From Squalus acanthias (taxonomy: Eukaryota), in NCBI GenBank assembly GCA_030390025.1, contig CM059432.1:89220001-89284000 (forward strand): a stretch of 64,000 nucleotides of DNA, in the 5' to 3' direction. The notes beneath the pieces are model-generated. The model ran no database searches. It was not told the origin of the DNA and was given only the letters and a program-made list of their open reading frames with translations. Both the position numbers and the translations under genes were made by a program. Shown here piece after piece: positions 24,841-38,762 of this stretch (within the stretch, counting starts at the first letter, position 1; each line of letters begins with the position of its first letter).

Positions 24841-26064
24841 CCAGAATCCATAAAACTGTACTCCACCAGTCAGTGCCTTTAGAACAGAAAGAAACAGGGA
24901 GAAAAGTGGGAAATAAATAAAACTTTTTCTTTGAAGAGAAAGTTTGCATTTACTGATCTTAGCATGCTTCCCAGACTGAGCACAATATTTAATTGTGTGG
25001 GGTTTTTCCTGGACATATATTAAGTTAAAGCAAATACATCAACTGCTGCTGCAGTAAATACCTCCAGCCTATTACCATAGGAGGAAATTTCCTGTAGCAG
25101 GTCCAGAATCAGCGCTGGAAGTAACTTATCTACAAATGATTGATTTAAAGCTTCCATTTTTTCTAATATCATTAGTTATTGAAATTCAAGGAGATGATTC
25201 CATGGATCATTTTTTGCATATAAAAAGAAGCAGTGAAATGGAATCCATGTTGACACTGAAAGTTGTTGCAGTAAGTGTACAATGGTCAACAAATTTCTTA
25301 AAATTTGACACTTTGACATTGCCTAACCCTTGCCAGTTTGAAATGTTGCATGATTCCATTTCCTTTTTTCCTGTATTACAACTAGTATTCCCTTTTGCTG
25401 CATTCTGAGATACCTTGATTTGACTATTGTTGCATTGTGCCAAAAGACAAACAAAATATTGCCTCCTATAATACACAGCAACCTTATAGTCAGAAAATAA
25501 GGTGCATAAATATTCATTTGATTGAAATAAAGCTTCAAATTTGTTAATTTCCATATTTTTTATAAAATTAGATTGTCTGATTTCAAAATGAATTGATAGC
25601 TACACAGGTTTGGGCTAATATTTGGCTTAAGCACTATACCCTGCAGCAAGTCATTAAGATTATCATGAACAATTATACTGTTGGTTAAGATTACAAACAC
25701 AGAATATATTTAAGTAATAATCACAGCATATGTGCACCATCTGCCTAGTTTATAATAGCCGATAGGTGACTGAAAGAAGAGAAATGCTTCATCTATACTG
25801 TAACCCAGGTGAAGTACAGACCTCCTAAGTTTCTTTCAGTGGTGCAGGTGTTAGGAAGGAGCAACAAGGTTAAAACACGACTTAGTGTGAAGGATGCTAG
25901 AAAATGGAATTACGTACAAGGAACTGCATAACAAACAGACATTGGGGAGAAAATAATTAACAACTGCATTTAGTTGCCAAATCTTAAATGTTAATTAATT
26001 AAGCAGCATAATTAAGCAATGTATTGAGTGTCACTAAAATTGATAATATATATATGAAAATCAT

Positions 26065-27012
26065 GGGGAAGATTTTCAGTTCGGGCCCAAAATGTGTGCA
26101 ATATGAGTGGGGCAACCGGCCAAGTTCAGAACCAGAACCATTTTCACATCAGGCCTCATTTACATTTTATCAGTCAGCTACGGGCACCAAACGGGCAGGC
26201 TGCTGCAGCCCGCTAGTCTGGTGCCACGGAAAATCATTTGGCTTCTGCACAGTTTTGGCTGGCAGGTAGGGGCTGTTTAAGGGGAAAGGGGTGGGGTGGG
26301 GTGAGGGGAGAGCAGGACTGGAGGAGGGGGTGAGAGCGGGATAGTAATGGGCCAAAAAAAAAGAAAAAACATCTCTTCGAAGTGGCCTCTGGCAGTCCTT
26401 TTGAGGACAGCTGGTTAGGCCTCTCAACATCTGGAAAAAGTGGGATTAGCATGCATGCACCCAGTTACCCATGAAAATTGCAGCCAGGGTCCTACAACCA
26501 GCCTAGGAGCCTGTTTTGCATATTTAAGCAGTCACCCGCCCATTCAAGGCATGCCTGAAATTTGAATCAGGCAGGCAAATGGATGTACAGGAAACTCTTG
26601 TTTAACCGGCACCTAAATATCCGGAATTCTCTCTTAACCGGCAAAAATCATACTCCGAAAACTCCTCTCAAATAACCGGCAATGTTGCCGAGTCCGAGTC
26701 TCCCGCGAACGCTGAGTACTCCGAAAACTCCTCTCAAATAACCGGCAATGTTGCCGAGTCCGAGTCCAAGTCTCCCGCGAACGCCGAGTTAGTCAGTGGG
26801 GGTAGTTCTCCAAAGTGCCACTACTCGGCCTCCTGGCGCTGTCGGAAGTCCGAACACGGCAGTAACAGGAGTCTGATTTTTGTTTGTTAAAAATAGCCTC
26901 GGTAGATATAACTCTCCGTTATCCGGAACTTTTGATCAACCGGCACCACGCCGGTCCCATCGGTGCTGGATACCAAAGAGTTTCCTGTACAAGGTCCCCA
27001 TCAAATTTTCCT
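26065..27012. mobile_element. Probable Harbinger-type MITE hosting a Tigger-like MITE
   Basis: GGGGAAGATTTT ... AAATTTTCCTC ends around a GC-richer island. TSD unclear. Confidence 0.4.
26588..26987. mobile_element. Tigger-like MITE, TA TSD, same termini family as 14622-14985
   Basis: CAGGAAACTCTT...AAGAGTTTCCTG flanked by TA, with an internal ~66-bp tandem duplication. Confidence 0.88.
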
Positions 27013-27287
27013 CTGCTGGACATATTTTAAGCGAGATACGGGTGGCCGACAGTATAAAAATTCCCCCCTCCCGTATGTCTCTTTTTTCTTATCGTGTGGT
27101 GGAGCAGAGAGGGAAATACTTCGACTCCAACAATCGTTTCTAAAATGACTTCGAAAATTTCTCCAGACTCAAAGTACAGTTCATTCTGTGTCTATTGATA
27201 ATTTCACAATCACTAACTTGATAATTCACTACAATGGCAGAATAAAATTCTTCGATTTCCTCACCACGCTTCTTTCTCGTGAACTTT

Positions 27288-27358
27288 GTTTTATTCATTC
27301 ACGGGATGTGGGCTTCACTGGCAAGGCTAGCGTTTATTGCCCATCCCCAATTGCCCTG
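27288..27358 (-). mobile_element. 3' tail fragment of the Zenon-like LINE
   Basis: Matches 17770-17828 (tttattgcccatcccc/taattgccc). Confidence 0.75.
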
Positions 27359-27851
27359 TGGTCTATAATGCTCAGTGAAGTAGGTGAAATGGAGATACAC
27401 TTGTAGATAGTTTCCTAAAAGGTGTATTGCAGCAACGGAAAGCTGTATCTGCCCCTTAAATATACTGAGTATCACAGTCTTATTATTTAGTTCCTTTGAT
27501 GTACCATATAAATGATCACATTTATATCAGTTAATGTGCATATATTAGATGTGCATCAATGTTAATTTCACAAAGTGCTCAATAGCAAATTTCAGTGAAT
27601 ACAACAAACATATTAATTGGACAATGTTTTTATTTTTAATAGTGATCCTGATGAGACTGTTAAATTTTGATTTTTAAAAATTTTTTGTGATGCCACCTCA
27701 AAAGTTGAATTTTCTTAATTTATTAAAGAAAATGTCAATGATAGTAAATGATTAGATCTGTCGGTGGTATTTGTTCAAGGAACAATTCTAAAAGGCTGTA
27801 ATTTACCAATATTTAAATTAAAATTTGTGCCTCTATTTTCAATTACTTTCT

Positions 27852-27950
27852 GGGTTATTTTAACCTAACTCTGTATTGACTTCAATGGAAAGTAAAATTG
27901 GGCAGGGTGTAAAACGGGCAGTCGATCAGGGTTAGGTTAAAATTAACCCC
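27852..27950. mobile_element. ~100-bp mini-MITE
   Basis: Terminal inverted repeats GGGTTATTTTAACCTAACTCTG / CAGGGTTAGGTTAAAATTAACCCC. Confidence 0.65.
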
Positions 27951-28254
27951 TTTGAGTCTAATTAAAAATGTTTTAGCACAGTGCAATTCCAAACTGTCTC
28001 CAAACATCCCTGCGTTCCCCTTTACACTCTGAAGTCATCAAGGTTAGCTTTTGTGGAGGTATGACTGTCAGCCAATCACATGTGACACCGAACCGATCAC
28101 ATTACACTGACTCAGGTTACAGTGGACCCTATCCCCAGGAGTTTCAAGTAGAAAATAGAGACTATCTTTCAAATTTGTCATATTATTTAAAAAAAACAGA
28201 AAATGCTGAAAACACTCAGGAGGCCAGGCAGTATCTGTGGAGAGAGAAAAGTAG

Positions 28255-28291
28255 GGTTAACATTTCAAGACAATGATCCTTCGTCAGAACC
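28255..28291 (-). ncRNA. Penelope-type minimal hammerhead ribozyme motif inside a PLE terminal fragment (28190-28291)
   Basis: Minus strand reads GGTT CTGACGA AGGA-TCATTG-TCTT GAAA TG TT AACC. Confidence 0.6.
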
Positions 28292-28554
28292 TACTCGGTT
28301 TCTAATGTAAAATAATTTAGTGTATTACATTTGTTGTATTGCAAAATCAGCAAAGAGCAACTTATAGCACAGAACAGTCCTTTAAATTTGAAGGCAGTTT
28401 GGTTTTGACATTATGAAACCACTTTAAAAAGAAATTATTCTGTATTTGGCTTTCTAGTGCTGATGTTTATGTTCCTTGTAACAGAACAAAGCATCAGGGA
28501 GTAATCTTTCAATAGAATTGTTCTGATTCAAAAGCTCCTTTCCTATGTTTTATT

Positions 28555-29258
28555 GGCCCAGATTTTGCAGTGGTAATTACGGCAAAACTGTCAGCGTTCG
28601 CCGTCATTACGCTTCTGAAAGTGACAGGAACCTCTGGAATCAGCGCATGCGTAGGTAAATGAGGAAATCCAGATGTTGCTGTCAGTCATTCCCTGCTATT
28701 CCACAGGTTGCGTTCTGGAACTCCACACAGCTGGCAATCAATTCAAATCACAGTTCCTGTCGAAAACGTCCCCAATCGCTGTTAATCTCCCCCCACCCCG
28801 AAAAAGTTAAGCCTTGTTGAAAGAAGTGTAACTGGGTTTTTAACGGCATATTGACTGCTGAACAACCGTTCTTGCCCTGAAGATCTAATTTTATATTTGT
28901 GGGATGTCAAAGTTTTCTATTAATATGATAAGATATACATGGCTTTTAATATAATTTTTTTTAAAGCTTGTTTATGATATTTCATCTTCTACCTTAATCT
29001 TATGTATATGTCCCAATCTTTATTTAGCTCTGTAAAATTTATAAAAAGTAAAGTATAATCTGTGCATTTTACTTCCTGGTTTGATGTCTTTGAGAATTCT
29101 TCAAAGTGATTGGCTGCTTAGCCTGCTTGATGACGCCACTGTTGTTTGACGCTGGAGATTCGCTTGATTAGGCACCAGATTCAAACTAAGGCCGGGAGAG
29201 CTGAAATTCACGCCATAGAGAGCGCCGTCGCTTCACTGCTGAATGCAAATTCTGGGCC
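28555..29258. mobile_element. Harbinger-type MITE
   Basis: TIR GGCCCAGATTTTGCA / TGCAAATTCTGGGCC (14/15 match), flanks ATT / AAT. Confidence 0.75.
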
Positions 29259-32200
29259 AATTTATTTTATTATTTTGAGCAGACCAGCTCACAACGAAAA
29301 CAAAGACTTACACAAGTCTAACTTTAACTGGGCACTTTTTGTAACAAGACCCAATTTATAATCAACACTAATTCAATTTTAATATTTCAATTGACAAATG
29401 TTGGTGAGTACGTAACTGTACTGCTACAAAACTAAAACAACCAGCAAACAGGTGAGCACTCGCGAAAGAAGCATGAGAAATCAAAACAACTCAATTCATC
29501 AAATGCATCTCAACTTAAAGTTCAGCACAGGATCAGAATATTAACCAAGCTGATGGCATGTCAAAAATGAGGTGTAATTTATTTTAAAGCATATTTCTAA
29601 TAAATTGTAAATATTTCATATCATTTACCTCTCTAATTGCTATTTTAGGCTCAGCATTACAGGAAAAGGAATGTTTCTTCACATGCTGTAGATAATTGTA
29701 ATCGTCTTTGAAATATATTAACAATACATATAGTAAAAATTACACAGAATGAAGTGCTGTTCAAAAGATACCTACTTTTTTAGATTTCACTGCCCTCTGA
29801 TCTACATGATATAATTTTCCCCACGGAATTACCTGTGAGCTGTTTAAATGAATATAATTTCATAAATTTTACATTCATCATGTGTACATCGCCAGAGTAT
29901 TTGTGATGCATAAAAATTCCGAACAGAAAGTACTCAGCACCCAGGGTCCACAGGCAATCTAATGGTAAAGGTTAGCATAGTGTTTAGTTGTTGATTCCAA
30001 AAACGGCCATGCCAGTCACTTAATGAACCCTCAAGAGATACCCTCCCATGCGGAGCAGGTTGTGTCTGCGCTCGAGGAGGTTTAAATTAGTTATATCTTA
30101 GAATAACCTCTGATGAAAAGCCTACTTCCAACTGTGTTCCTTGTCACTGGCTCTTCAAGGAAATAAACCAATTAGTTGTTTCTGTACGTTACCATTTCAA
30201 TTTTGTATTAAAGATACAAAGGTCATGAGATTTTTCTCTTTTTTTGGTGTCAGCATTTGGAATTCATTTTGTTTGCAAATGAGTGTGAGTTTGGAGAAGT
30301 AGTTATGCCGTCAGCATTTATTGAGCATACTTGTTAACCATTTTTGGCATTTTTTTATTTTTCCGATTCAGATGTATTTTTGAAGGAGTGTTTGTAGTGG
30401 GGGTTAAGGGTTAATAATTTTTGCTCACCTATTGTTACCAAGTTACTGGGAAATATCTATACATCTCCAATAAAAAATAATGAGTACATTTATTTTCATC
30501 TGCTTTATCTCTTCCAGGTTTTTTAAGTAACCACTACAGCAGATTTCATTTTCAGGCCTGCCTTTTCCGATCTGCCTCACTCTGTGCACTATGGGTTTTC
30601 ATTTAATTTACATTTTGTAACATCTATATGCAACAGTAATTATACACCAAACTGCAGCCTACACACGCAACCATCGCTTTTGCTTCTTCATTACCACAGC
30701 TGCTTTCACATGGATCCTAATCTTGACAGGTAGCATAATTAGAAAATTTTCTTTGTCTTATTAAATGTGACTTTTCTCAGTAGAATTCACTTTGATGAAC
30801 ACAAAGAAGAGAAAATATCCTTCAAATCGAGCAATGAAAATCAAGAGGGACTTGTATTTTTAGCTGCTTTTGTTGAACCAGGCAATGTTATTATCGAGAA
30901 GGATATTGTAATGCTGAAAATGTGCTGTTGGGATTTAAATCACGTATTAGCCTCGAAAGCAAAAAGTGCTGTAGGGCCCATGCAATATATTTTCTCATTA
31001 ATCTGATTGAAAGATTATCCTTCCTATAGCTATGGAAAGTCTAATACCCATATATCCTTCTCTCTGGTTGTAAAATTTAGCTTTGTGCAAAAGCCATTGT
31101 CTCTCGTGACCTAGGGTCCTCTCCATACTGTCTCTTCTTCATTTCTAGCTAAGCCTATCTGTATTATTAAAATCAAATCAGACTGTGTCTCCATTTTACG
31201 CACACATTTTGATTATTTTATAAGCCATTGTGGAGGAAAAATGACAGCTTCAGCAAGTCACAACTGCTTTCTGGTAATACCATCATTAAGTGGATGTCGG
31301 TGGGCGGGGGGGAGGGCGGTGGGTGAAAAATATTCTCTATTGTTGCTTTTGTCAGAATCAAGAAAGAGTCCAATTGATCCATTCTTATTAACAATTCACA
31401 TATGTTTAAAAAGAACTATTAGTTTTTCTTTCTAAATAAAAAGGCTACAAATAAAGATAACAAAATTTGACCCAGTGTCGGTTGAAGTTGTTTTTTAACA
31501 CCAATATTTTTTTTAAAAACACAAGCATACAAACTTCTCTGGATTATTGGGTCTATTAACAAAATGTTCCACATTTCCATTTCTCTAATTCTACTTTGCA
31601 ACGTTCAGTGTTGAACATTTATCGGAGGTTGAATTGCAGCTAATAAATAATATGTATTTGGAAAGCAGCAAAGAACAATGAACACTTAAGGGGTTAACAG
31701 CACAGCATTGGTAATGTGCACCTCCCCGCAGGTTTTTTACACTCTCCTGGCTTCAGTATTAGGCAAGTCGTTTTGATCAGTGGCTGTAGCCAGTAATTGA
31801 AGGCACTCCTGATGATTTCACACAATCAGAGCAATACATTATTTGTGATGGAAGTTCGCTAAAGAAGAGAAGCTGGTCTTTAAAGCAGCCTTGCTAATGG
31901 TCAATTACCTATCCAAAAGGTCCGTAATTTTTTACCCACTTTTCCACATCATAGATTTGTGGATATTTTCATATAACCTTACCTATCACTAGCATCATCT
32001 AGCAGCAGCTCATTGCCTAACGCTTTTGATGAACCTGCAGAAAACGGCTCTAACTAGGTGATTTCTATTCCAAGCTCTTTAACTTTTAACCACATGAGCA
32101 GTATAGCTTGCTTCAGCTATAGATGTCATGTAGATAATATGGAAATAAGGCTGCACTGTCTAAGATGTCCCTTAGCTAACCACAACTGTACAATCAGCCA

Positions 32201-33939
32201 TTGTTACAAACATGCAATGATTACACACTAAATCAGCTACAATTTTGCAAAAGGAATTAAAAAAATATATAAATGAAAGAACAAAATATATTTCATCCTA
32301 TGGTAATGTTTCCACATTGAACAAATTATTAGGTTACAGTATATGCTTCTTTATTTTTAAGCACCAAATTTGTTAATGGGGCTGGGGGGGTGGAAATATA
32401 AAATGTTTTGTAACAATTATTTTTTTTTTAGTTTTGTTTAATACTGCTTCTGCTGAAAAAATGGTTGCAAGTTGCCTGCATTTTGTTTTCTGCTAGCTCT
32501 TAAACTTGTATTGATTTCATTCCAAATAATGGAATGCCTTATATTTTAAAATGTGAATTAATAAAGTGCATGTGATTTAAGTACACCATGTGCAGCTCTG
32601 TGAACATTGTACAATATTGTTATATATTGAATTAGGAAAATTGATGAAAGACACATTAGATTCTCTTTTAAATTAAAAAACACAAATATTCTAAACAATC
32701 AATGTGTGTCATATTGCATTTTTTCTCAAAAGCTTAGTGCAGGAAATCCGTAAATTATTACCAATGTATTTATCCACAGAGGATTGCACTGAGAACCAAA
32801 GATAAGGTATATGTTCAGTATATTGTCTTTATACTGGATGCATTGCATTATCTCTTTATTACTTGGTTGCATCAAAAACTCATTGTACTGACTCTGTTAC
32901 CTGACATGAAGGTGTCAGGAAAGCGTTGATAGAAAAATGATGAATTACACGTCAGTGAGAAAGGGTTTTAATACGGAAACATTTCTGGAAATATCACTAC
33001 AGTGAAAGTGTTTCTTCCCTCCCCCAACCTAATAATGTGGATAATTCTGCTAAAAATGTAATGCAGACTATCCTGTTTCATTGATCTATTAAATGCAGAA
33101 ACTAATCTGTTACTGTAAACCCCAAAAATACAATTCATACTGAATAAAGTGCAACGAAATACATACAGGAAGCTATTAACTGCAGAACTGCCATCTGAAA
33201 TCAAAAGATGATGGTTTGCTATTACGGCAAGCTGACATTATTGGTTCCTCTACACAGTCATACAACATTCCCTGAAGCCAGGTTTGAAAACTCATAAAGC
33301 ATAAGTTTAGCACATAACGTCACCAGTGAAGAATCTTTACATAAGCCTGAGTTGGCAATAATGTTGTAGGTGAATGCAAATACTAATGGATGCATTAGGA
33401 TGTTTTTTTCCAGTTGTTTACTTCTGTTGAGTAACTTCTTTGTTATTTTTTGCGTCTCCAATGAGATTGACGTATATACCTCTGCTCGGTTAAATGTAAA
33501 CTGGAGGACTGTGACATTAATAAGAATATTGTTTTTGAATTTAAATTGTCATTTTTAAAATCTATCATCCATTTGTTCATTAAAAATCAGGTGTGGGATT
33601 CAGTAATGATCGTCTAACTCTTTCACCCACATAAATATCTCTGGTCCCTTAGCTGAGGAGTCTCTCAGTCGGCAGTAGATGACCAAACAGCCTCTCTATA
33701 TGACTGCCTTTCAGTAGTTTCCAATGCTAATAAGAATTGAATTAGACATTATATGAAGAATTTTCAGCACCAAAAAACTACCAGACTCTGGGGATATCAA
33801 TGGGTTTAATGGGGCGGGAAGGGTGGAAGAGAATAATCACATTGGTCTATGAATTTTATTCAAATGGAAATTCCTAATTAAGGGATGCTGCTCTTTCAAA
33901 TTTAACTTGAAATCCCTGTACAATGTGGCACCCAACTCC

Positions 33940-34650
33940 ACAAACCAAATACTGTATGTAATCCCTGGACTGCGCTGACTTACTGACCTCAGCTAGGATG
34001 GTAGTGGAGGGTTTTTCTTTGCAGGGGGTGAGTGGGGGGGCGGGGGGAGTCAGCCTTGCTCCTGAATGTACATGTGTGGACCTCGGGTATGGACAGTATT
34101 GGACACCATTGTGCTGCCTCTCACAATAAAATAGTCTGCCAACAATCACTGTTAAGGCTAACCCATTTGGTCAGTTGAGCAAGGTAGTAGAGGGCAGATG
34201 GTGTACTTGCTCCAAACATATCAGAGTCTTCAGCAGAGAGTGAAAGGAAGAGAAAGAAGAGACACAAATATAAATAAATGTGACTTCTAATGCAAGGTAG
34301 GACGTGACTTAAGAAGGTAAAAGGGGGTCCATCTGTCCATTGTGTTCTGCCCTAGGGCAGAGCCTAACACAAATCTCACACATGAGATTCTTCAGCCACT
34401 TACTAGGGAAGAGTAGCTGAGTATTTTCACATTACCTTCCTCACAGTTTTTATCTTCAGAGTACCTTCTCCTAGCTGGGTTGCAACCAAGGCTAAAGAGC
34501 TCCATCTATGCTTTATGATGGGTGGAGGGGCCATCTGCACCAATCGAACACAAGCACCACTAAATTCAGTATTCAGTTCACTGGCCTGTCTAGAATGAGG
34601 TCCGAACCCAACCCTTCTGACTCAGAGGCAGGAATACTACCACTGAGTCA
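33940..34650. mobile_element. Degenerate SINE-like remnants; minus-strand tRNA head at 34596-34650
   Basis: Minus strand TGACTCAGTGGTAG...TCTGAGTCAGAAGGGTTGGGTTCGGAC resembles the head at 190-245. Confidence 0.45.
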
Positions 34651-35389
34651 GTGGTCACTCCATCTGAACACAATTACCCCGCTGTCAACCCAGTATTTAG
34701 AGACCATGGGCTGGATGTTGTCGGTGCTCAGGGGGCGGGTTTGGAGGCGGGTCAGGTGGGAAAGTCGGAAAAAGTGGCGGCGGGTTCCGATCCCGCCGCC
34801 AACCCGGCTCCGCGTAAATTCCACAGAGGCGGGCTTGGAGAGACCGTTTCGGTCCCCAGGACAGGCCCTTAAGGCCCTTAACAGCCACTTAACCACCTCT
34901 GTAAGCCAATTTTGAGAGGCCCTTCAGATTTTCCAACATTTTCAGCGGCCTGCACGCCTCTCCTGAAACACGCCAGCTATACCTGACGATTTCACTGGCG
35001 GCTGCCTTCCCGCCTGCTGCTCCTCCAGCATAAAAACACAGCTTTCACCAAGGATCACTTGGGTGTTGCCAAACTTTGTTTTTTCTTGCAGGCCTACTGA
35101 TTTAAATTTAGTGAGTATGAGATTCATCTCCAGCGTCACCTCCTGGGGAAACCCTCTCCTCACATTGCCTGTGCGCTTCCTCGCCTGAGGTTTCCAGCAG
35201 CAGCATGGGAACCTTTTATCTCCTTTAATCGTGGACCTCAGCCTCGGACGAGGAGCACCCGCGGCCGCAGTAGCACCAGGAATATCAGTAGCAACAGCAG
35301 CACCAACAACAGCAGCGTCAAACTCCTCCTCACCCACCTGATGCTGTGCAGGGCAGAGGGCGTCAGTGCAGGGAAGCAGGTCGGTGCAG

Positions 35390-35665
35390 GAGAGACCCTC
35401 AAAACAGGGTTTACAGGCTGAGGATGACCTTCCCCAACATGACTAAGCAGCAGTGCCAAAGGAGGCTGAGAGGTTCGTTATAGATAGTCGCAGACATCTG
35501 CGCAATGCTGCACCAACACCTGGAGCCCAGAGGAGCGGGTGGAAACCCCTCACCAGTGGCTGTGAAAGTCACTACCATACTCACCTTTTTTGCTTCAGTC
35601 TCCATCCAGGTATCATCAGCAACCATCAGCGGCATCTCCCAGTTGGCCGCACATGGTTGCATGAC
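35390..35665 (+). pseudogene. Harbinger transposase N-terminal remnant
   Basis: RVYRLRMTF..M.KQQCQRRLR...ICAMLHQHLEP...VAVKVTTILTFFAS...GISQLAAHGC, homologous to 53240-53480. Confidence 0.75.
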
Positions 35666-35670
35666 ACTTC

Positions 35671-38600
35671 AGGCCATCTTAGACTGGGTATTATGTAATG
35701 AGAAAGGATTAATTAGCAATCTTGTTGTGCGAGGCCCCTTGGGGAGGAGCGATCATAATATGATAGAATTCTTCATTAAGATGGAGAGTGAAGTAGTTGA
35801 CTCAGAGACTAGGGTCCTGAATTTAAATAAAGGAAACTACAATAGTATGAGGTGCGAGTTGGCTAGGATGGATTGGGGAGCATTACTTAAAGGGTTGATG
35901 GTGGATAGGCAATGGCAAACATTTAAAGATCGCATGGATGAACTACAGAATTTGTTCATCCCTGTTTGGCATAAAACTAAAACAAAAAAGGTGGCTAACA
36001 AGGGAAATTAGGGATAGCATAAGATCCAAGGAGAGGACATATAAATTGGCCAGAAAAAGCAGCAAACCTGAGGATTGGGAGCAGTTTAGGATTCAGCAAA
36101 GGAGGACAAAGGGATTAATTAAGAGGGGGAAAATAGAATATGAGAGTGAGCTTGCAGGGAACATAAAAACTGACTGTAAAAGCTTCTATAGATGTGTGAA
36201 AAGAAAAAGATTGGTGAAGTCAAGCGTAGGTCCCTTGCAGTCAGAATCAGGGGAATTTATAATGGGGAACAAAGAAATGGCTGACGAATTAAATACATAC
36301 TTTGGTTCTGTCTTCAAAAAGGAGGACAGAAATAAACTCCCAGGGATGTCGGGGAACAGCGGGTCTAATGAGAGGGAGGAATTGAATGAAATCAGTATTT
36401 GTCAGGAAATGGTGTTAGGGAAATTGACGGGATTGAAGGCCGATAAATTCCCAGGGCCTGATCATCTACATCCTAGGGTACTTAAGGAAGTGGCCCTAGA
36501 AATAGTAGATGCATTGCTGGTCATCTTTCAAAATTCTATAGACTCTGGAACAGTTCCCATGGATTGGAGGGTAGTTAATGTAGCCCCACTATTTAAAAAA
36601 GGTGGTAGAGAAAAAACGGGGAATTATAAGCCTGACATCGGTAGTGGGCAAAATGCTGGAGTCCATTATAAAAGATGTAATAGCAGAGCACTTGGAAAAC
36701 AGTGACAGGATCGGACAAAGTCAACATGGATTTACAAAAGGGAAATCATGCCTGACTAATCTACTGGAATTTTTTGAGGATGTAACTGGTAGAATAGATA
36801 AGGAAGAAACAGTGGATGTGGTGTATTTGGACTTTCAGAAGGCTTTCGATAAGGTCCCGCATAAGAGATTAGCATGCAAAGTTAAAGCACATGGGATTGG
36901 GGGTAAGGTACTGATTTGGATAGAGAACTGGTTGGCAGACAGGAAGCAAAGAGTTGGAATAAACAGGTCTTTTTCTGAGTGGCAGGCAGTGACTAGTGGG
37001 GTACCAGAGGGATTGGTGCTAGGACCCCAGCTATTCACAATATATATTAATGATCTAGACGAGGGAACTTGATGTAATGGCCCAAAAATTAGTCTTAGTA
37101 CGCGAGAGTACGCACTGTGTACTCTCGCGTATTCTGTCTCCAATTGCCGGTTTTCTGCATGCACTGCGCATGCGCTGAAAACCGGCACTTGGTGAACTCA
37201 AAAGGGGGCGGTTCCTAAGTGAACCGCGTGCGCGCTACAGGCTGCGCGCACGCAGTGCACTTAGTGCTTTGAACGCGCAGGTAAGCATGGAAGATTTTGC
37301 ACATAAAGAAAGGAGGCGTAAGACCCTCTTTTAACAAGGTAAGTAGTTAATTAAGTATTATTTTAAATTTTTTTCAACAGATTTATCTTTTTTAGAGACT
37401 TTAAAGAAAGGATGTTTATTTTTATAACTTTTAAAAAGATTTTAAAAATTTTCAAAAATTTAATTTTTTGTTTAAAGTGGTTAATTTATTTAACTATACT
37501 TATTTTATTAATGTGATGGTTTAAAAAAAAAAATAATTGAGGTTTAGCTGTTCTTTTGGGGGGGTGTCGATTCATAGCTTTGACAGCCCTTGCTGTCAAA
37601 ACTATGAATGAAAGATGGTGTGCTGCCATTGGCTCTAACTGAATCACGTGATCCCACAGCTCGCACGAATTAACTGCGTCTGTGGGATACGCACACACTG
37701 CACAGCTGCAGCCTTGAAACTAAAGTTCGTGTGAGCTCGGAAGGAAAAGGCAGGCGCGCAGTGAGATATCGCGGGGAAGCCTTACCCCCGCAGGAAGGCT
37801 CCGTCTTTAATTTCTGGGCCAATATCTCTAAGTTGCAGATGACACAAAGCTGGGTGGGCGTGTGTGCTATGAGGAGGATGCCAAGAAACTCCAGTATGAT
37901 TTGGACAGGTTGGGTGATTGGGCAGATGCATGGCAAATGCAGTATAATGTGGATAAATGCGAGGTTATCCACTTTGGTGGCAAAACAGGAAGACAGATTA
38001 TTATCTGAACGGCAATAGATTGGGAAAAGGGGAAGTGCAACGAGATCTGGGAGTCCTTGTGCACCAGTCGCTGAAGGTAAGCATGCAGGTGCAGCAGGCG
38101 GTTAAGAAGGCAAATGGTATGTTGGCCTTCATAGCGAGAGGATTCGAGTACAGGAGCAAGGATGTCTTGCTGCAGTTGTACAGGGCCTTGGTGAGACCAC
38201 ACCTTGAGTATTGTGTGCAGTTTTGGTCGCCTTATCTGAGGAAGGATGTTCTTGCCATGGAAGGAGTGCAGCGAAGATTCACCAGACTGATACCTGGGAT
38301 GGCAGGAATGACGTATGAAGAGAGATTGGGTCGATTAGGCTTATATTCGCTAGAGTTTAGAAGAATGAGAGGGGATCTCATTGAAACTTATAAAATTCTA
38401 ACAGGACTAGACAGACGAGATGCAGGAAGGATGTTCCTGATGGCGGGGGAGTCCAGAACCAGAGGTCACAGTCTAAGGATAAGGGGTAAGCCATTTAGGA
38501 CTGAGATGAGGAGGAATTTCTTCACCCAGAGAGTGGTGAACCTGTGGAATTCTCTACCACAGAAGGCAGTTGAGGCCAATTCATTAAATATATTCAAGAA

Positions 38601-38762
38601 GGAGGTAGATATATTTCTTCAGGCTAAAGGGATCAAGGGATATGGGGAGAAAGCAGGGACAGGGTACTGAATTTGGATGATCAGCCATGATCTCATTAAA
38701 TGGCGGAGCAGGCTCGAGGGGCCGAATGGCCTACTCCTGCTCCTATCTTCTATGCTTCTATG
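35671..38762 (+). mobile_element. 5'-truncated CR1 LINE
   Basis: QAILDWVLCNE through RT to ...GYGEKAGTGY, with a (ATGCTTCT)-type tail. Confidence 0.92.
37079..37820. mobile_element. Harbinger-type MITE (742 bp), AAT TSD, inverted sister of 11737-12479
   Basis: GGCCCAAAAATT...AATTTCTGGGCC with AAT flanks; removal restores CR1 ...CNISK. Confidence 0.9.
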
